Part shown: one piece after another, positions 25,471-38,423 of the stretch
How the letters are laid out: each line of letters starts with the position of its first letter
Position numbering within the stretch: the stretch's first letter is position 1
DNA from: Felis catus
Lineage: Eukaryota
Direction: 5' to 3'
NCBI RefSeq assembly: GCF_018350175.1
Contig: NC_058368.1
Span: 184,824,001-184,888,000, forward strand
Length of the DNA stretch: 64,000 nucleotides
Notes under the pieces: model-generated
Databases searched by the model: none
The model's input: the letters and a program-made list of their open reading frames with translations, nothing else
Told to the model about the DNA's origin: nothing
Program-made: the position numbers and the translations under genes

Positions 25471-27424
25471 TGAAATCATCCATTTTTTAAAAAAATTAAG
25501 TGCAAATCTAGTGTGGGGAGCTGTAACTAAGTCACAAACAAAATCAAGTGTTAAGTCTGTGACACTAATTATAATATTTAGAGATGAGAGAGCTCAGTAT
25601 GGGCTAAATTGATCAAAGAAGCCCTTGGGACTTGAATAATATAATAGCTAATAATTATTGATCTCTTACTCTGTAACAGGTGGTACAAGAAGCACTTCAT
25701 ATGGACTATCTCATTTAATCTTCATCAGGACTGTATAAGGGAGTTATGCTTGCTTTACTGATGAGAAAAATTGACGCCCAAAGTTAAATAACTCCCTCAA
25801 GAGTTTACAATTATTATTAGAACTCAGTTTATCAGATCCCAGAGCCTGAACCCCTCAGCAACTAAATCACATCAACTCTGAAAAGAGTAAGACTACAGGG
25901 GCATGGGACCAAGAATGAAGACCAAGGTATCCTAAGAGGCCCAGAGGGCAAGCCAAATTGAAAGATATAGGTTGGCATTGTGTGGGGAGACAAGCAACAT
26001 AGAATCAAGTTTGGGGACAGAGTAGGATGCCAGACTTTGGAATCACAAATAAAGCCACAGGAATTGGGATAACAGACAGGAGACCAAGAGCAGGGATGCA
26101 CTTACTGGAATGCTTTACGAGATAGGGACTTGGTTACCAGGTAAGATGGTAAGAGCACAGTACTAGATGCAAAATATGACTTCCCGGAAGAGCAACAGCA
26201 GGGCTGATTGATGCCCTTGTGATACCCCACTTGGAAACACAATTGGTCCCAGGGTTTGGCCTTGGGCTCCCCTACGTAGGAATTCAATAACCTCAACTAT
26301 AATGGTCAGTGCTATAGCCTCCAAAACATGTACCATGACATTCTGGCCCCATGAAATATTAAAAGGAAGAAGAAGAAAAGAAAGGAGGGAGGGAGGGAGG
26401 GAAGAAAGAAAGGAGGAAGTGTTTTAAATTCCTTGGGTCCAAACAGTGTGAGAAACCCTACATGCAATAGCATCTTTTGAAGGATTTATAATGCATACTA
26501 GCATATAAAACTCCATTTAAACAAGCAACCGTTTTCTTAACTTATTTAGCCACTGACCCTCAGAGGGTACACTCTAGGAGGGAATAGTTTAAAGAAATTC
26601 AGGGGCAGAGAACCACACCCACACAGGCCTTCTCAGGAGAAGGAAGCATATTACACAAAGTGAGGACGGCCTGAGAAAAAAGGCATGAAAAGGGGCAAAC
26701 GTTAACTAGAAATTATGGCCGGGAAGGGTCAGAGATTCAGTTTGAAAAAAATTAGGGACAGATGACAAAGGACCCAGAAAGTGAGGGACAGAAGGTGGGA
26801 GGTTCCTGCACCGAGGAATCACAAAAGCAGCAAAGACCGAATGCACTGAATCTAAGAGTTCAAAATCTAAATTGGGAGAAAATGTTGGTGAGGATGGAGT
26901 GGGGTGGGGAGGTGAGACGTGTTTTTAACTCGATGGGCAGTACATACAGTAGACAGCCAGGACTTCGAAATCAGACACTTCAGTGCAAATGTCAGCACTG
27001 TCCTCCAGCCCTACATCACTGTGACTTAGATGCTCAGTCTCTCTCCACCCCTCTCTAGCCAGGGAAATGAAGGTTTAAAGAAGGAATGTGACTTGCCCAA
27101 CATTCCACAGCTAAAAAGCATCACAGCCAGGATTCAAAACACAGGTAGCTGCCTCCAGAACCCTAGGGCTGAACCATGATATCAGACCACCTCTAAGACA
27201 TTTTCATCAGCAGCCCCTCAAGGCAAGAAATTCAGTGATTCACCAATCTCATAGCTCCCCTGGTTCCTCAGGTCTCCATTTTCCCACTAGGAAGCAGAGA
27301 GCACCCTCTTGGCCTCCCTTCCCACAGAAAATCTTTCACTGGAATACAAAGTTACGTAAGATCTGTGATACTGTTTTTTATAAATTCACCAAACTCCACC
27401 TCTCGCAGATATATTTTTAAACCT

Positions 27425-28042
27425 TATTTATTTAATTTGAGAGAGACACAGAGACAGAGAGAGGGAGCACCTGTGGGGTAAGGGCAGTGTGAGAGAGGGA
27501 GGGAGAGAGAGAGAGTCCCAAGAAGGCTCTGCACTCTCAGCATGAAGCCCAATCCCACGACCGGTGAGATCATGACTGACGTGGCAGACAAAGGCAGAAG
27601 AAAATGACACATAAAGTTACATTTCCTTATAACCTGCAGCCCATTGGCAAAGACTTGAGGAGCGCAGAGTAAAATGTGTCTCCAGGAACTCTCTTACTGT
27701 CTTAATGCTAATGCTTTGCTGGGGGAAAAACAACCTTAGCTTGACAATAGCCAGGCCTCCAGGATCCTGTGACTCTTCTTTAGCATATGAAAACCTCACT
27801 GGAAACTTCCCCTGGACTTTACCTCCTCCAACTCCACAGTGTATGCAGTCTCTCCTCCTGGTCCTGGGGCATCTCCTTCTGTTCCCGGGTCCTGTTCCTG
27901 TGCTTTAATAAAATCACCTTTTTGCACCAAAAACATCTTCAAGAATTCTTTGTTGGCCGTCAGCTCCAGACCCCGTAAATTCCACTATCACCCCCAAAAA
28001 ACCTCATCAATGACCTGAGCTGAAGAGCCACCCAGGTGCCCC
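27425..28042 (-). mobile_element. Can-SINE interrupted by a solo LTR
   Basis: GAGATCATGAC [LTR] ATGACCTGAGCTGAA...CCACCCAGGTGCCCC. Confidence 0.9.
27577..28009 (+). mobile_element. Solo LTR (probably carnivore ERV1 class), 433 bp
   Basis: TGA...TCA termini, 5-bp TSD ATGAC (27572-27576, 28010-28014), AATAAA at 27907-27912. Confidence 0.88.
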
Positions 28043-28281
28043 TTTAGCCAACATATTTTTCTTCCAGACACTAGTACAGTTTATTTTATTTCAAGGTAAC
28101 AGACATACCCAATCCAGTTACAACAGTAGACACCATTCAGGTAACAGAACCAACACCCCTCCTTAAAGACATCTTCTGTGGCTTCTATTCCGTGAGCAGC
28201 ATGCTTTATTTAGCACCTTTGTTCAAGCTGCAATTCCCTAAAGCCAGCATCTGTCAATTTTACTATTTTCCTGCTGCTCAC

Positions 28282-28980
28282 CTCATTCTATAACCCACAG
28301 GTGATGCTCCATTGGAAAACTCACCAGTGCTAAGGGCTTTTTTTTCTTCTTCCTCATCCCTCTTCCCAAATTTGACCCTGGGAGGCCTGGGGTGAACAGC
28401 CCTGAATCCCCAAGGGGTAGAGCTCCACCCGAGCTGCCCCACCTGGTTATCCGGAGCCCCGCTGCGGAGGCGCCCAGAGTTAGCAAAACGCGCTGCAGGC
28501 AGCACCCCTGCAGGTGAGTGTGCATAGAAAGCCCGCCAGAGCCTCGGCTTTGACTTGTAAACAGAGGCTTTGAAAGAGCAAAGTTGTGAGTTTGTCTCCA
28601 CTAAAGCAAACTTCCTCTGCTGTTTGCTTTGGGCGTTTTGCCGATGAATCTGCAGAGCAAGAATGGATTTCCTGTCTGTTCCTCCAATCCTCCTGGAGCC
28701 CTGCGGAGCTCAGCTGCCACCTCGAGGCTCCAGGACTGGCATCTAGCCACATCCGGGTCTGAGACCCCGTCCAAAGGGCTTTCCTCGCCCGCCCCACTTC
28801 TCCCTTAACCTTTTCTTCCCCCAGCCGGGTCAGGCAGTGGATCTGCAACTTACCAAAGAGTGCCCGTTCAGGAGGCTCCGTGGCACACCAGCCTGAAAAC
28901 CCACCGCCCCCGAGAGGAAGGTAAGACAAAGCCAGGAGCTGGCCGACCATACTGCGCTAAGCGGTGTGCCCAGATAACTC
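28282..28980. promoter_or_regulatory. Weak CpG island / probable promoter with candidate first exon(s)
   Basis: Local GC and CpG enrichment outside repeats; GC box ~28787-28795, forkhead-like TGTAAACA 28556-28563, ETS-like ACTTCC ~28610; minus-strand donors GAG|gtgagc (intron starts 28281), CTG|gtgagt (~28324), TTG|gtaagt (~28852). Confidence 0.6.
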
Positions 28981-30571
28981 AGTGATTACCTTCCAGGGCT
29001 GCTGTGGGAGTTAAATGAGATTATCCCCATTCAACCAAGGGGATAAAAAGATCACCGGAGTGCTGCTGGTACTTTACCCAAGGTCAGCCCCACACCTGCC
29101 CACCTTCAAAGGCACAGCTCTCCCACGTGGGAAATTCAAGGTGCTAGCAGAGCAGGTAGTTTCCCTAAATGCTGCAGCAGGGAAGGCTACATTCAGGCTC
29201 ATTTTCCTTGAGACATGTGGCTCCATGACTATACCTTCCATTTTTCTATTCTGAGACTGACATGGGTATTAAATTCTCATTTTCCTTTTTATTGTAACAA
29301 AAACAGTGCAAATGAGCACCTCTCTAGTGTCAGGGAAACAAAAGGGGAGACCTGGGTATGTAATGACTACATATAGCCACAAAGAAGGTGGCTGTGGCCA
29401 ATTGTCACCCAGAGACTGTGCAGGCTAGTGATTCTGATTGTCCAATGTTTCAAGAAAAGCAAGAAACTGGATCTTTAATAGAACTCTTAGCATTTAAGTG
29501 TTAGCAATTTTTAAAAATTAAATACTGCATGAGCCAATACAGCATGACAAACCAACTATGCTCAAAGGACACATGCTAGAACTGTCCACAGTTCTGCAGC
29601 AACCTTTGCATTATCCCACCTTAAGAAGATGCAACGGATTAGCTCTGACTTAAGACCCTCTGCATCCACAAGGGCCAGGGGACATTTGGAACCCAGCAGG
29701 ACTAGACCTATCTGTGAAAGAGCTACTTCAGACTTTCTGTGATCGTGGGGTAAGGAAGGTCACAGGGTCCCAACTTCAGAGAAAGCTGGCTAGATTCTGC
29801 CTACCTAATAGGTATGGAGAAAGACTAAATGCAAAATTTTCCTGAAAGCAACAGCAGGAATTTAAGTCATTTCTAAGGGTGTGGAGGGTTGGAAGAAGGA
29901 TGGGCTTATATATTATCATTGTGACATTTCCAATTAAATGCAAAATCAACAGAATATCTTCTGCCAGGGTCATGGTGGTAATGAGCACCCACCCCAGCTT
30001 GTTAGCACAACAATCTCTCAAAACAGCAAAAAGGAGGATAAATCAACTGCTTTTGCAGCCTTTATCAGCATAAACAAAGAGATAAAAATACGGCATAAAA
30101 TTTTAACTATCTTCCCCCATTCTACCTGCAAATGTGAAATTCCCCTGTGCTTCGATAAAGGAAAAATACATCCAATGAAGTCTAACAAATGTGCCATCTG
30201 TTCAGAAAGCAGAAGGCAGGCATCTTTTACATGTGACACCACTGCCCTCGTGTGGTTTAAAAACATAATGCCAAGGAGGCTTGAAAGGTTATGACTAAAA
30301 ATTGTACTTCTCATAAACATAAATCATTTATAACATGGAACAATATATGAAAAAAAACTTTCATTTTAAAGAACACAAATATCACTTATATTAAAACCTC
30401 CATTCAAATCAGACCCTGGACTCAGGGTTTCATTCTGCACTGAGTTTTCTTGTGAAAGGGAGAAGAAATCAAGAGGGGAAAAATGTCATTAGGAAGCAGC
30501 TGAGTACCAAGGACGCACAACTCTCAGACCTAATGATGACATCAGTCATTTCCCTGCTACCATGCCCATAC

Positions 30572-30836
30572 CTGGCTTCGCACCTCACCGCCTTGCTTCG
30601 TGGATCCCGCGAAGGTGGAAAAAAGACCTTTTACTTTCCACTCATTTATTGGCTCCACCATTAGTTTTGTGCCGCCACACTCTGGCATGGCAGATCCATC
30701 GTGGCGAGATAATCCCAGAAGCTGTTCCTGGGTAAGTATCTCCTGGGAGAATGGCAGGAATTCCGGGCCCAGACGAAGAGGAGAAAGGCAAACTCTCCAG
30801 CTTGGTGAACTGGACAGAAAGGAGACAACATTATAC
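30572..30836 (-). other. Candidate non-coding exon in a CpG-containing unique segment
   Basis: Minus strand: tgtagtttcag|GTATAA...; donors GCG|gtgagg (30589) or CAG|gtatgg (30572). Confidence 0.3.
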
Positions 30837-31689
30837 CTGAAACTACATAAATAATACCTGTATTTTCTTCTCTCCTCCACTGACTACAGGGAGATGGGGT
30901 CAGTTAATGAACAGATATTTAAAATGGAGTATCTACAGACATAAAACAAGGTGTCAGGCGCACTCAGGATAGAAACTTCTCTGAGCCAACTTTCTTACCT
31001 GTAAAATGAGGATAATGCTTTCTATCTAATCTTTACCATCACTCTCTGGAGGGATAAGATAAGGCTTTCTTCCTCAAGATTAGTTGAAGGCTGTAGGCTT
31101 TTACCATGATATTCTAGTTTAAATTTGGGTGCAAGTATTAGATGTAAATTTTGTGAATGTGATTTTTTAGGTATTAATCTGAAAACTGAGTAGGTTACTT
31201 GAGCTTTGTGACTTAGTAACACATGCATGCCTGGTTCTTCCCAGTAAGGGTTGAAATCAGGCCAATTTGCTGCAAAAAGGGAAGAGCCCTCAAGCTCCTC
31301 CCCAGGGGAGCCCAACAATAGCTGTCCCATCCATGCTCCCAGAGTCAGTGTTGGGAGTTGCTGACTGAACAGCTGGGTCCTAACAAACTGAAACCAGAGC
31401 ACTTCTGAAGGCTGCAGGCTGTGACAAATCCTCAGTCCCAACTCCCAATGCCCGAAACCATGCCTCAAGATTGAGAACCTTACTCCCCGACTAGTGACCA
31501 GGGGGCAAAATAGCTGGTGTTTGTTTTATTTATATCAGGCATGTCTGCTGCTCTCTGTGAATGCCCAATTCACTTAAAGGGAAATAATTAGCTGTTTATT
31601 TACTCCACCTTTAGAAGTAAGAAATTAGTGTTTAATCAGACTTGCAATTAGAGTGGCCCATTGAAGATTCACTTTGAAAAGACAAGACA

Positions 31690-31910
31690 GTACTCTATGA
31701 GAAAAATGGGCTTTGGCATCAGACACACCCAAGATCAAGGCCCACCTCTGCTACTTACCAGCTGTGTGATCTCAGCTAATTAATTCTCATCTTTGTTTAT
31801 ATTCTAATCTAAAAAATGAGGACAACGGTTTCTAACTCTCGGGTTTGTGTGAGAATGTATGCATGCCCAGAAAGATCTTAGCATAGTCCCTGGCACATCA
31901 CACATGTTAA
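31690..31910 (+). mobile_element. MIR
   Basis: GGCTTTGGCATCAGAC...CTCTGCTACTTACCAGCTGTGTGATCT core. Confidence 0.8.
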
Positions 31911-33419
31911 AGAATGATAAGAAAGCTAGCACTGTAAATAAATGAAGCAGGCTTTGAAGGCCAGGTGAATTTTAGCTTGGGGTGAGCAAAAGTATCGAAG
32001 CCAGAAAGCCTCCGGATGTGATTTAGACTTAGTGGCTGTGAGGGATGCAGACGCTCCAGCATCAAGACCAAGGGCAGGATTGGGAGTCAGACAGCCTGGC
32101 CAACATGACCCACAGCCATTTGTAGAACATTTACTTCTTCCCTTGTAACCTGTCAGGAACCACTATCGATCATTTCCCTTCCCTGCTGAGCCATCCCAGC
32201 AGCTGGGCTGACAAGGGTGAATGGCGAAGTGATGGCTCCTAACTAGAAGGTTTTCCCACCGCCACATTTCTCCGGCTGCCGCTACAGTCTTTTCACACCA
32301 GGGTGACCAGCCCTGCCCCGGAGTGTTTCAAATGTGGTCCCCCTAGTGCCGCTGAAAGGCAAGCCCATGACCTTCTTTGTTTCCTCGCTGTCAAAAACTG
32401 GGCAGATGGGTTAGCCTTCCAGTCCCTTGTCTCCCTTCAACCTAGTGTCCGTTCTCTACTTTGTATTCCAGGCCCTTTTATAGACCAACTCCCGACAGGA
32501 ATCTTGGCCCCTGATCCCTCATTACCTTTTCTGTGAGCCTCAGTCCCAACTGCTCTTTGCAGATCCACTATTCCTTTCAATCACTCCACCTCCATTTTTT
32601 CTTTTCTTTTCCTTTTTTGTTCCTTTGCCAGTAAAATATAGCCCCCTTTGACCTACCTCGTCTGTATCACTTTCCCCAGTAAAAATTGAAACTGACTGAA
32701 GCCCCAGTCTCAAGCTGGAGTTCTATATTAGGGTTTGTTTTTTTTTTTTTTCTTTTTCTTTCTTCTTCTTCTTTTTTTTTTTTTTTAGTTTTATTGTGAT
32801 ATTTACATATCATAAAATGTACCACCTTTAAGTATATAATTGAATGAATTACAGTAAAATTACGGAGTTGTACAGTCATCACCATAATCTAATTTTAGAA
32901 TATGCCCATCAACCTAAAAAGAAACCTGTTTTACAGTCAGTCCATATTCCCACCCCCTAGACATTTGAACATTTCATATAAAAAAGACAATGTGTGCACT
33001 TTTGTGTCTGGGTGAGCTGGGTTCTTTTTACACATCCTAGTGCCCTTGGGCATCACGTTGGACAGCCTAAGTCCATATATCCTTCTGCTCTTGTTCCCTC
33101 ACCTGTTAGGGAAGATGCTTGCCTTTCTTAACAAGCCTGAGCACTTTCTACATATAAGGCTCTGGGCTTAGCCTGGGGATACAGTGGTCAGCAAAACCAG
33201 ATACAGTCCTTGCCCTCACCAAACCACACAGATATGCATTTCACCCAAATATATTTAAAGTTATCAATGTGATTTGTTCTACAAAAGAGAGACAAAAATC
33301 TTGATTTTAATCTGAGCTAACTTAATGCAGTTTACACTTACCGCCTATTACCAAGAGAGTTAGCATCTTGAAAAACAGACTTTCTGGTCACAGTGGAAAT
33401 GTTTTTGCTAAAAGTAAGC

Positions 33420-34950
33420 ATGGTATTCAATGTAATCCCTATCAAAATCCCAGCTGCCTTTTTTGCATGAATTGACAAGCTGAACCTAGAATCCATATGG
33501 AAATGCAAAATACCTCAAATAGCCAACAATCTTGGAAAACCAACGTTAGTCCCAATTTCAAAACTTAATACAAAGCTACAGTAATTAAGACTGTGTGGTA
33601 CTAGCATAAGAATAGACATATACATCATCAGAATAGAATTGAGAATCTGGAAAAAAAAGTGATTTTCAACATGCGTGCTGAAATAATGCATTGGGGGAAA
33701 GAACAGTCTTTTCAACAAATGATGCTGGAATGACTGGATATCCACGTGCAAAAATTAACTCAGATTAAAAAAAAAACTAAACATAAGTGTTAAAAGCATA
33801 AAATTCTTACAGGAAAACGTATGTAAATCTTTGTGACCTTGGATTATGCAATGGATTCTGAGATATGACACCAAAAATATGAGTAAAAAGAAATAAATTA
33901 GACTTCATCAGAACTGCAAAATTTCTGCATCAAAGGACATTATTAAGAAACTGAAAAGACAACCTACAGAAGGGAGAGAATATTTGCAAATCATATTTCT
34001 GATAAGAGTCGAATGTCCTATATAAAGAACTCTTACAACCCAACAACAAAAAACAAACAATCCAATTAAAGATAGGTAAAGGACTTGAATAGACATTTCT
34101 CCAAAGAATATATACAAATGGTAATAAGCACATGAAAAGATGCTAGGATTATTAATAAAATATAATTTCATTTTATACAAAAAAATGACAGTAAGATATC
34201 ACTTCATGCCCATTAGGATGGCTATGATCAAAAAGACAGACAATAACAAGTCTTAGTAAGGATGTATAGACTTGGAACCTTCATACATTGCTGGTCGGAA
34301 TATAAAACGGTGCAGCTGCTATGGGAAACAGTTAAATGGTTCCTCAAAATGTTAGACATAGAGTTTCCATATGACCCAGAAAATAGAACTATACCAAATA
34401 GAACTGAAAAAAAATACATCCACACAAAACTTGTGCAAAAATGTTCACAAACAGCAATATTCATAATAGCCCCAAAGCAGCAACAACCCAAATATCCATC
34501 AACTGATGGGTGGTGGGTAAATAAAAGGCTGTATACTTATATAATGGAATATTATATAAAAACTATATAAAGCTATAGTTTAGCTATAAAAACTAATGAC
34601 ATACTGATACATGCTCCAACATGGATGAATCTTGAAAACATTTTGCCAAGTAAAAGAACCCAAACAAAAAGAAAGAAGCTCACATAATGTATGATTCCAT
34701 TTATATTAAATGTCCAGAATAGGCAATTCCGTAGTATTGAAAAGCAGGTTTATGGTTGCCTTAGGGTTAAGGGGAGGGTGGGGGATGTAGTGGGATAGGA
34801 GGTGATAGCTAAAGGGCACAAAGTTTCTTTTCGGGCTGATTAAACTATTGTGCAATTAGTGGTGATAACTGCATAACATTGTAAATACACTAAAAACCAC
34901 TGTATTGTATATTTTAACTGTATACTGAAACGGGTATGTGAAATATATCT
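33420..34950 (+). mobile_element. Degenerate L1 (ORF2 3' half and 3'UTR, L1MB/MC-like)
   Basis: CCCTATCAAAATCCCAG, TCTTTTCAACAAATGATGCTGG and ORF2-like peptide GTFIHCW..KTVQLLWETVKWFLK. Confidence 0.93.
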
Positions 34951-34964
34951 CAGTGAAAAATAAG

Positions 34965-35300
34965 GCCTGGCTGGTTCAGTCAGAAGAGCATGTGAGTTTT
35001 CATCACAGGGTCATGAATTTTGAACTGCATAGTGGGTGTAGAGATTACTCAAAAATAAAAAAAATAAGCTTAAAGAAAATTAAGGTTTGGGGCACCTGGG
35101 TGGCTCAGCTGGTTCAGCATTTGATTCTTGATTTCCACTCAGATCATGATCTCATGGTTCATGGGATTAAGCCCCGTGTTGGGCTCTGTGCTGACAGCAC
35201 AGAGTCTACTAGGGATTCTCTCTCTCCCTCTCTCTCTCTAGCCCCTGCCCTCTTTATTTTCTCTCTCTCAAGATAAATAAATAAAACAAAAAAAAGAAAA
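34965..35300 (+). mobile_element. Two Can-SINEs (short one at ~34965; full one from 35089)
   Basis: Heads and A tails. Confidence 0.88.
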
Positions 35301-35924
35301 AGGTTTGATCGCTGTAACCCAATTCAACAATGCTGAAGTACATAAACGTGAGTAAGTGTCTGCGTTCTCTTACCCCCACATGATTTATTAAGTTCTTGTC
35401 TCTGGGCTCCACACCTACTTTCCTATAATCTGCTTTGTGATGCTTTGCTTGAGACTCTGCACTTCCCATTTCTCACAAGAGGGAGAGCTGGAGGCAGGAT
35501 GAGCAAGGAAAGTTCCACTTCTGATTTGCTTGCTGCCCCTATCAGTGTCACTCCAGCAACCCCACTCATCCCCAGGAGTGCACTGAGTTCCGGACCCAAT
35601 CTCCAGCATCTTCCAGCTCACCTAGCACCTTTGCCACAACATCCCAGCAGAGAGGCCCCAGCAGAAGGGAAGCATTGCTCCCTTCCCAGAGATCACAGCC
35701 CTCCTCTGAGATTCTAATCACATATGACCTCAACCTCTGTTTCTCACTCCTAGATGGCAGCTGTTTCCCCACAGTACTGTCCTTGTGACACCTCAATAAC
35801 CCTGCCTGCTCTTTGAGCACCTCCAACCTATATGAAATCTCTTATGTTGAAATATTTTGTGTGGTTTCTTTTTGCTTACCTGCATGCCGACTAAGCCCAT
35901 TATAGATATAATATATTCCTCTAA

Positions 35925-36153
35925 GTTTTTTTTTTACATTTTTAAATGTTTATTTATTTTTGAGAGAGAGACAGGGCATGAGCTGGGGCGGGGGTTGGGG
36001 GGGCAGAGAGAGAGGGAGGCACAGAATCTGAAGTGGTCTCCAGGCTCTGAGCTGTCAGCACAAAGCCCTACGCAGGGCTTGAACTCACAAGCCATGAGAT
36101 CATGACCTGAGCCGAAGTTGGACGCTTAACTGACTGAGCTACCCAGGTGCCCC
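35925..36153 (-). mobile_element. Can-SINE
   Basis: Reverse-complement head/body; TSD TAAGTTT. Confidence 0.92.
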
Positions 36154-37200
36154 ATAAGTTTCTTTTAATTCATATTGAAATATTACCTACCATTTTTCTT
36201 TACATGATGGACTAGTATGCTGTGCTGTAACCTGTTTTATGTCGTGGGCATCTTTACCAGTGTACTGCCACACCACTTTGAATACAATTAATACATCATT
36301 TTATGGTAATTGGATCCAATTCATTATCCTCACATCATGTTCCAAATTTGTCTGACATATATTGATCTTTTAAAGAGGCTTACCTACACTGAATTCTAAT
36401 TATATTCATTTATTTATGAAGCACCCACTCTGTGAAATCTTGATACTGAGGATTTGAGGATATACTAATAAGTTAGACATGGTGTTGCACTGAAGGAGCT
36501 TGAATTTTATGGGGAGGTAGGAACTATAGCTAACACTATAAAATAGAATTTTTCAGGACATTTCTAATTTTAATTAATCTGTGCTTTTCCCTCAAATACA
36601 CTAATTCTCCCAAACCCAAGTTTTTATTTTCAAAAACAAACACAAATCTCCATTCAGTTGCTACTATGCAACTCTTTATCCATCCGCCCCATAAAAAGAA
36701 GGATTCTATTCATAGCTTGTAATGGTTTTAAGAAGGGAAGAAATTCTGAGAGTATTTAATTCCTCCCCAGATAAAATGGTGGCCATTCTAAGGAGGTACA
36801 AGATTTATCTAGCTGGAAAACAAATAGCAATATAATTACACTTAATATACTGGTATTCAGAGAATTATCTGAACCAAACTCAACTTTGACCCTACTGGAA
36901 TTTAAATAGACTCCCCTGGGTCACCAAAAGGTATTTTCTTACACATCCTAACAAGGTCATTTTTCTTAGTATACATTTTACTCAAGGGCAAGATATCAAT
37001 CCTACATTTCATTTACAACTGGGAGAAGCCCAGAGGCCCAGAATAATTTATTAATGACATTCTTTTTTAAATAATCTCTCTTCATAAGTCCATAATATAT
37101 TCAAAACAAAAAATGGGGAACAAAATAAGCTCACTGGACATCACTAAGTGTTGTCAAGTCATTACTTTGAAATTTGATAATTAAAACGGAGAGAACAAGT

Positions 37201-37320
37201 CTGCCTGGCTGGCTCAGTTAGTAGAGTGTGTGACTCTTGATCTCAGTGTTCTGAATTCAAGCCCCACATTGGGCATGGAGCTTACTTTAAACAAACAAAC
37301 AAACAAACAAACAAACAAAC
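37201..37320 (+). mobile_element. Short Can-SINE with (AAAC)n tail
   Basis: Head then AAAC microsatellite. Confidence 0.85.
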
Positions 37321-37732
37321 ATCAGCATATACTATACCTTTCTAGAGTAAATATTTTTCAAGACAATGAAAATAGCCTTAGTGAAGGAAAAAAAGTTTCT
37401 ACTAAAATAATTCCAGCTAATAAATACAGAAGAAATGATAGAATTCAAATATTACCACTTCACAACATTCAATGAAATAACCAAATCTGGAAAATGGTCA
37501 CTGTGTTAGTTTCCTAGGGATGTTGTAACCAAGTACCACAGAACTGGTGGCTTAAAACCACAGAAATCTACTCTCTCAGTTCTGAAGGCTGGTGGTCTAA
37601 AATGACATCAGGGAAATGCTCCCTTTGAGACTCTGGACAGAATCCTACTTTGCCTCGTCCTCATTTCTGGTGGCAGCTCCATCAATCCTTGCACACTCCT
37701 TGGCTTGCAGCTGTATTATTTCAGTCTTTGCC

Positions 37733-38423
37733 TTTTTCTTTTTCTTTTTTTTTTTTTAACTGGAGCCTTGAAACCATTTTCATTATTAGTAAAAAACAGC
37801 AATGCTTTGGAGATGATCAGCTAGGAAAAAGACTGGTTGGTTGTATTTAAAATATATATAAAGTATAAAACTAGGTTTGCCTGGATGGCTCAGTTGGTTA
37901 AATGTCCAACTCTTGATTTGGCTCACAGTTTGTGAGATCAAGCCCCACACAAGCCCCACATCCGTCTCTGTGCTGAAAACGCTGGGCCTACTTGGCATTC
38001 TCTCTCTCCCCCTCTCTCTGACCCTCCCTGGCTTACTTGCTCACACGTGTGTGCTCTCTCACTTTCTCACAAAGTAGATACACATTTTTTTAAGTATATT
38101 TAAAATACATGTAAAGTACATTAAAATACATTTAAAATAAAGTACATTTTAAAAACTAATAGAAAAGAATATTTAAAAGGCTTTTCTGTTGAGTGCCAGG
38201 ACTCACAAAATGAAATAAAAATACATCCCCCTTATACCTAAGAAACTGGGTTATAAAAAGATTTGCCTATTATGTTCGGGAGAGCATAGTGGGAGGAGAA
38301 AGCATCCTTGCTGGCTCCTTGTGTACATTGTCCAGAATCTGGCCTGGAGCATTCTCACCCACCAGCTGGATCACTGGGGGCCAGATCAGCCCATGTTTCA
38401 TCTGAGTGAGGGCAACTGGAAGG
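37733..38423 (-). pseudogene. Probable 5'-truncated processed retrocopy of a 3'UTR (parent unknown)
   Basis: Poly(T) 37733-37757, AATGAA (minus) at 37779-37784, unique sequence interrupting a MaLR LTR. Confidence 0.55.
37874..38090 (+). mobile_element. Can-SINE inside the retrocopy
   Basis: Head and CT tract. Confidence 0.88.

Noticed and set aside
28278..28950. 107- and 156-aa minus ORFs in the CpG region
   Set aside because: GC-rich DNA lacks stops by chance; non-ATG or unsupported starts and no recognisable family
20472..28980. Assigning a gene symbol to the host transcript
   Set aside because: No coding exon in the window and I do not recognise the leader sequence
34262..34570. L1 ORF2-like peptides (also 17936, 42053, 51462)
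   Set aside because: Frameshifted fragments of dead L1 copies, not genes
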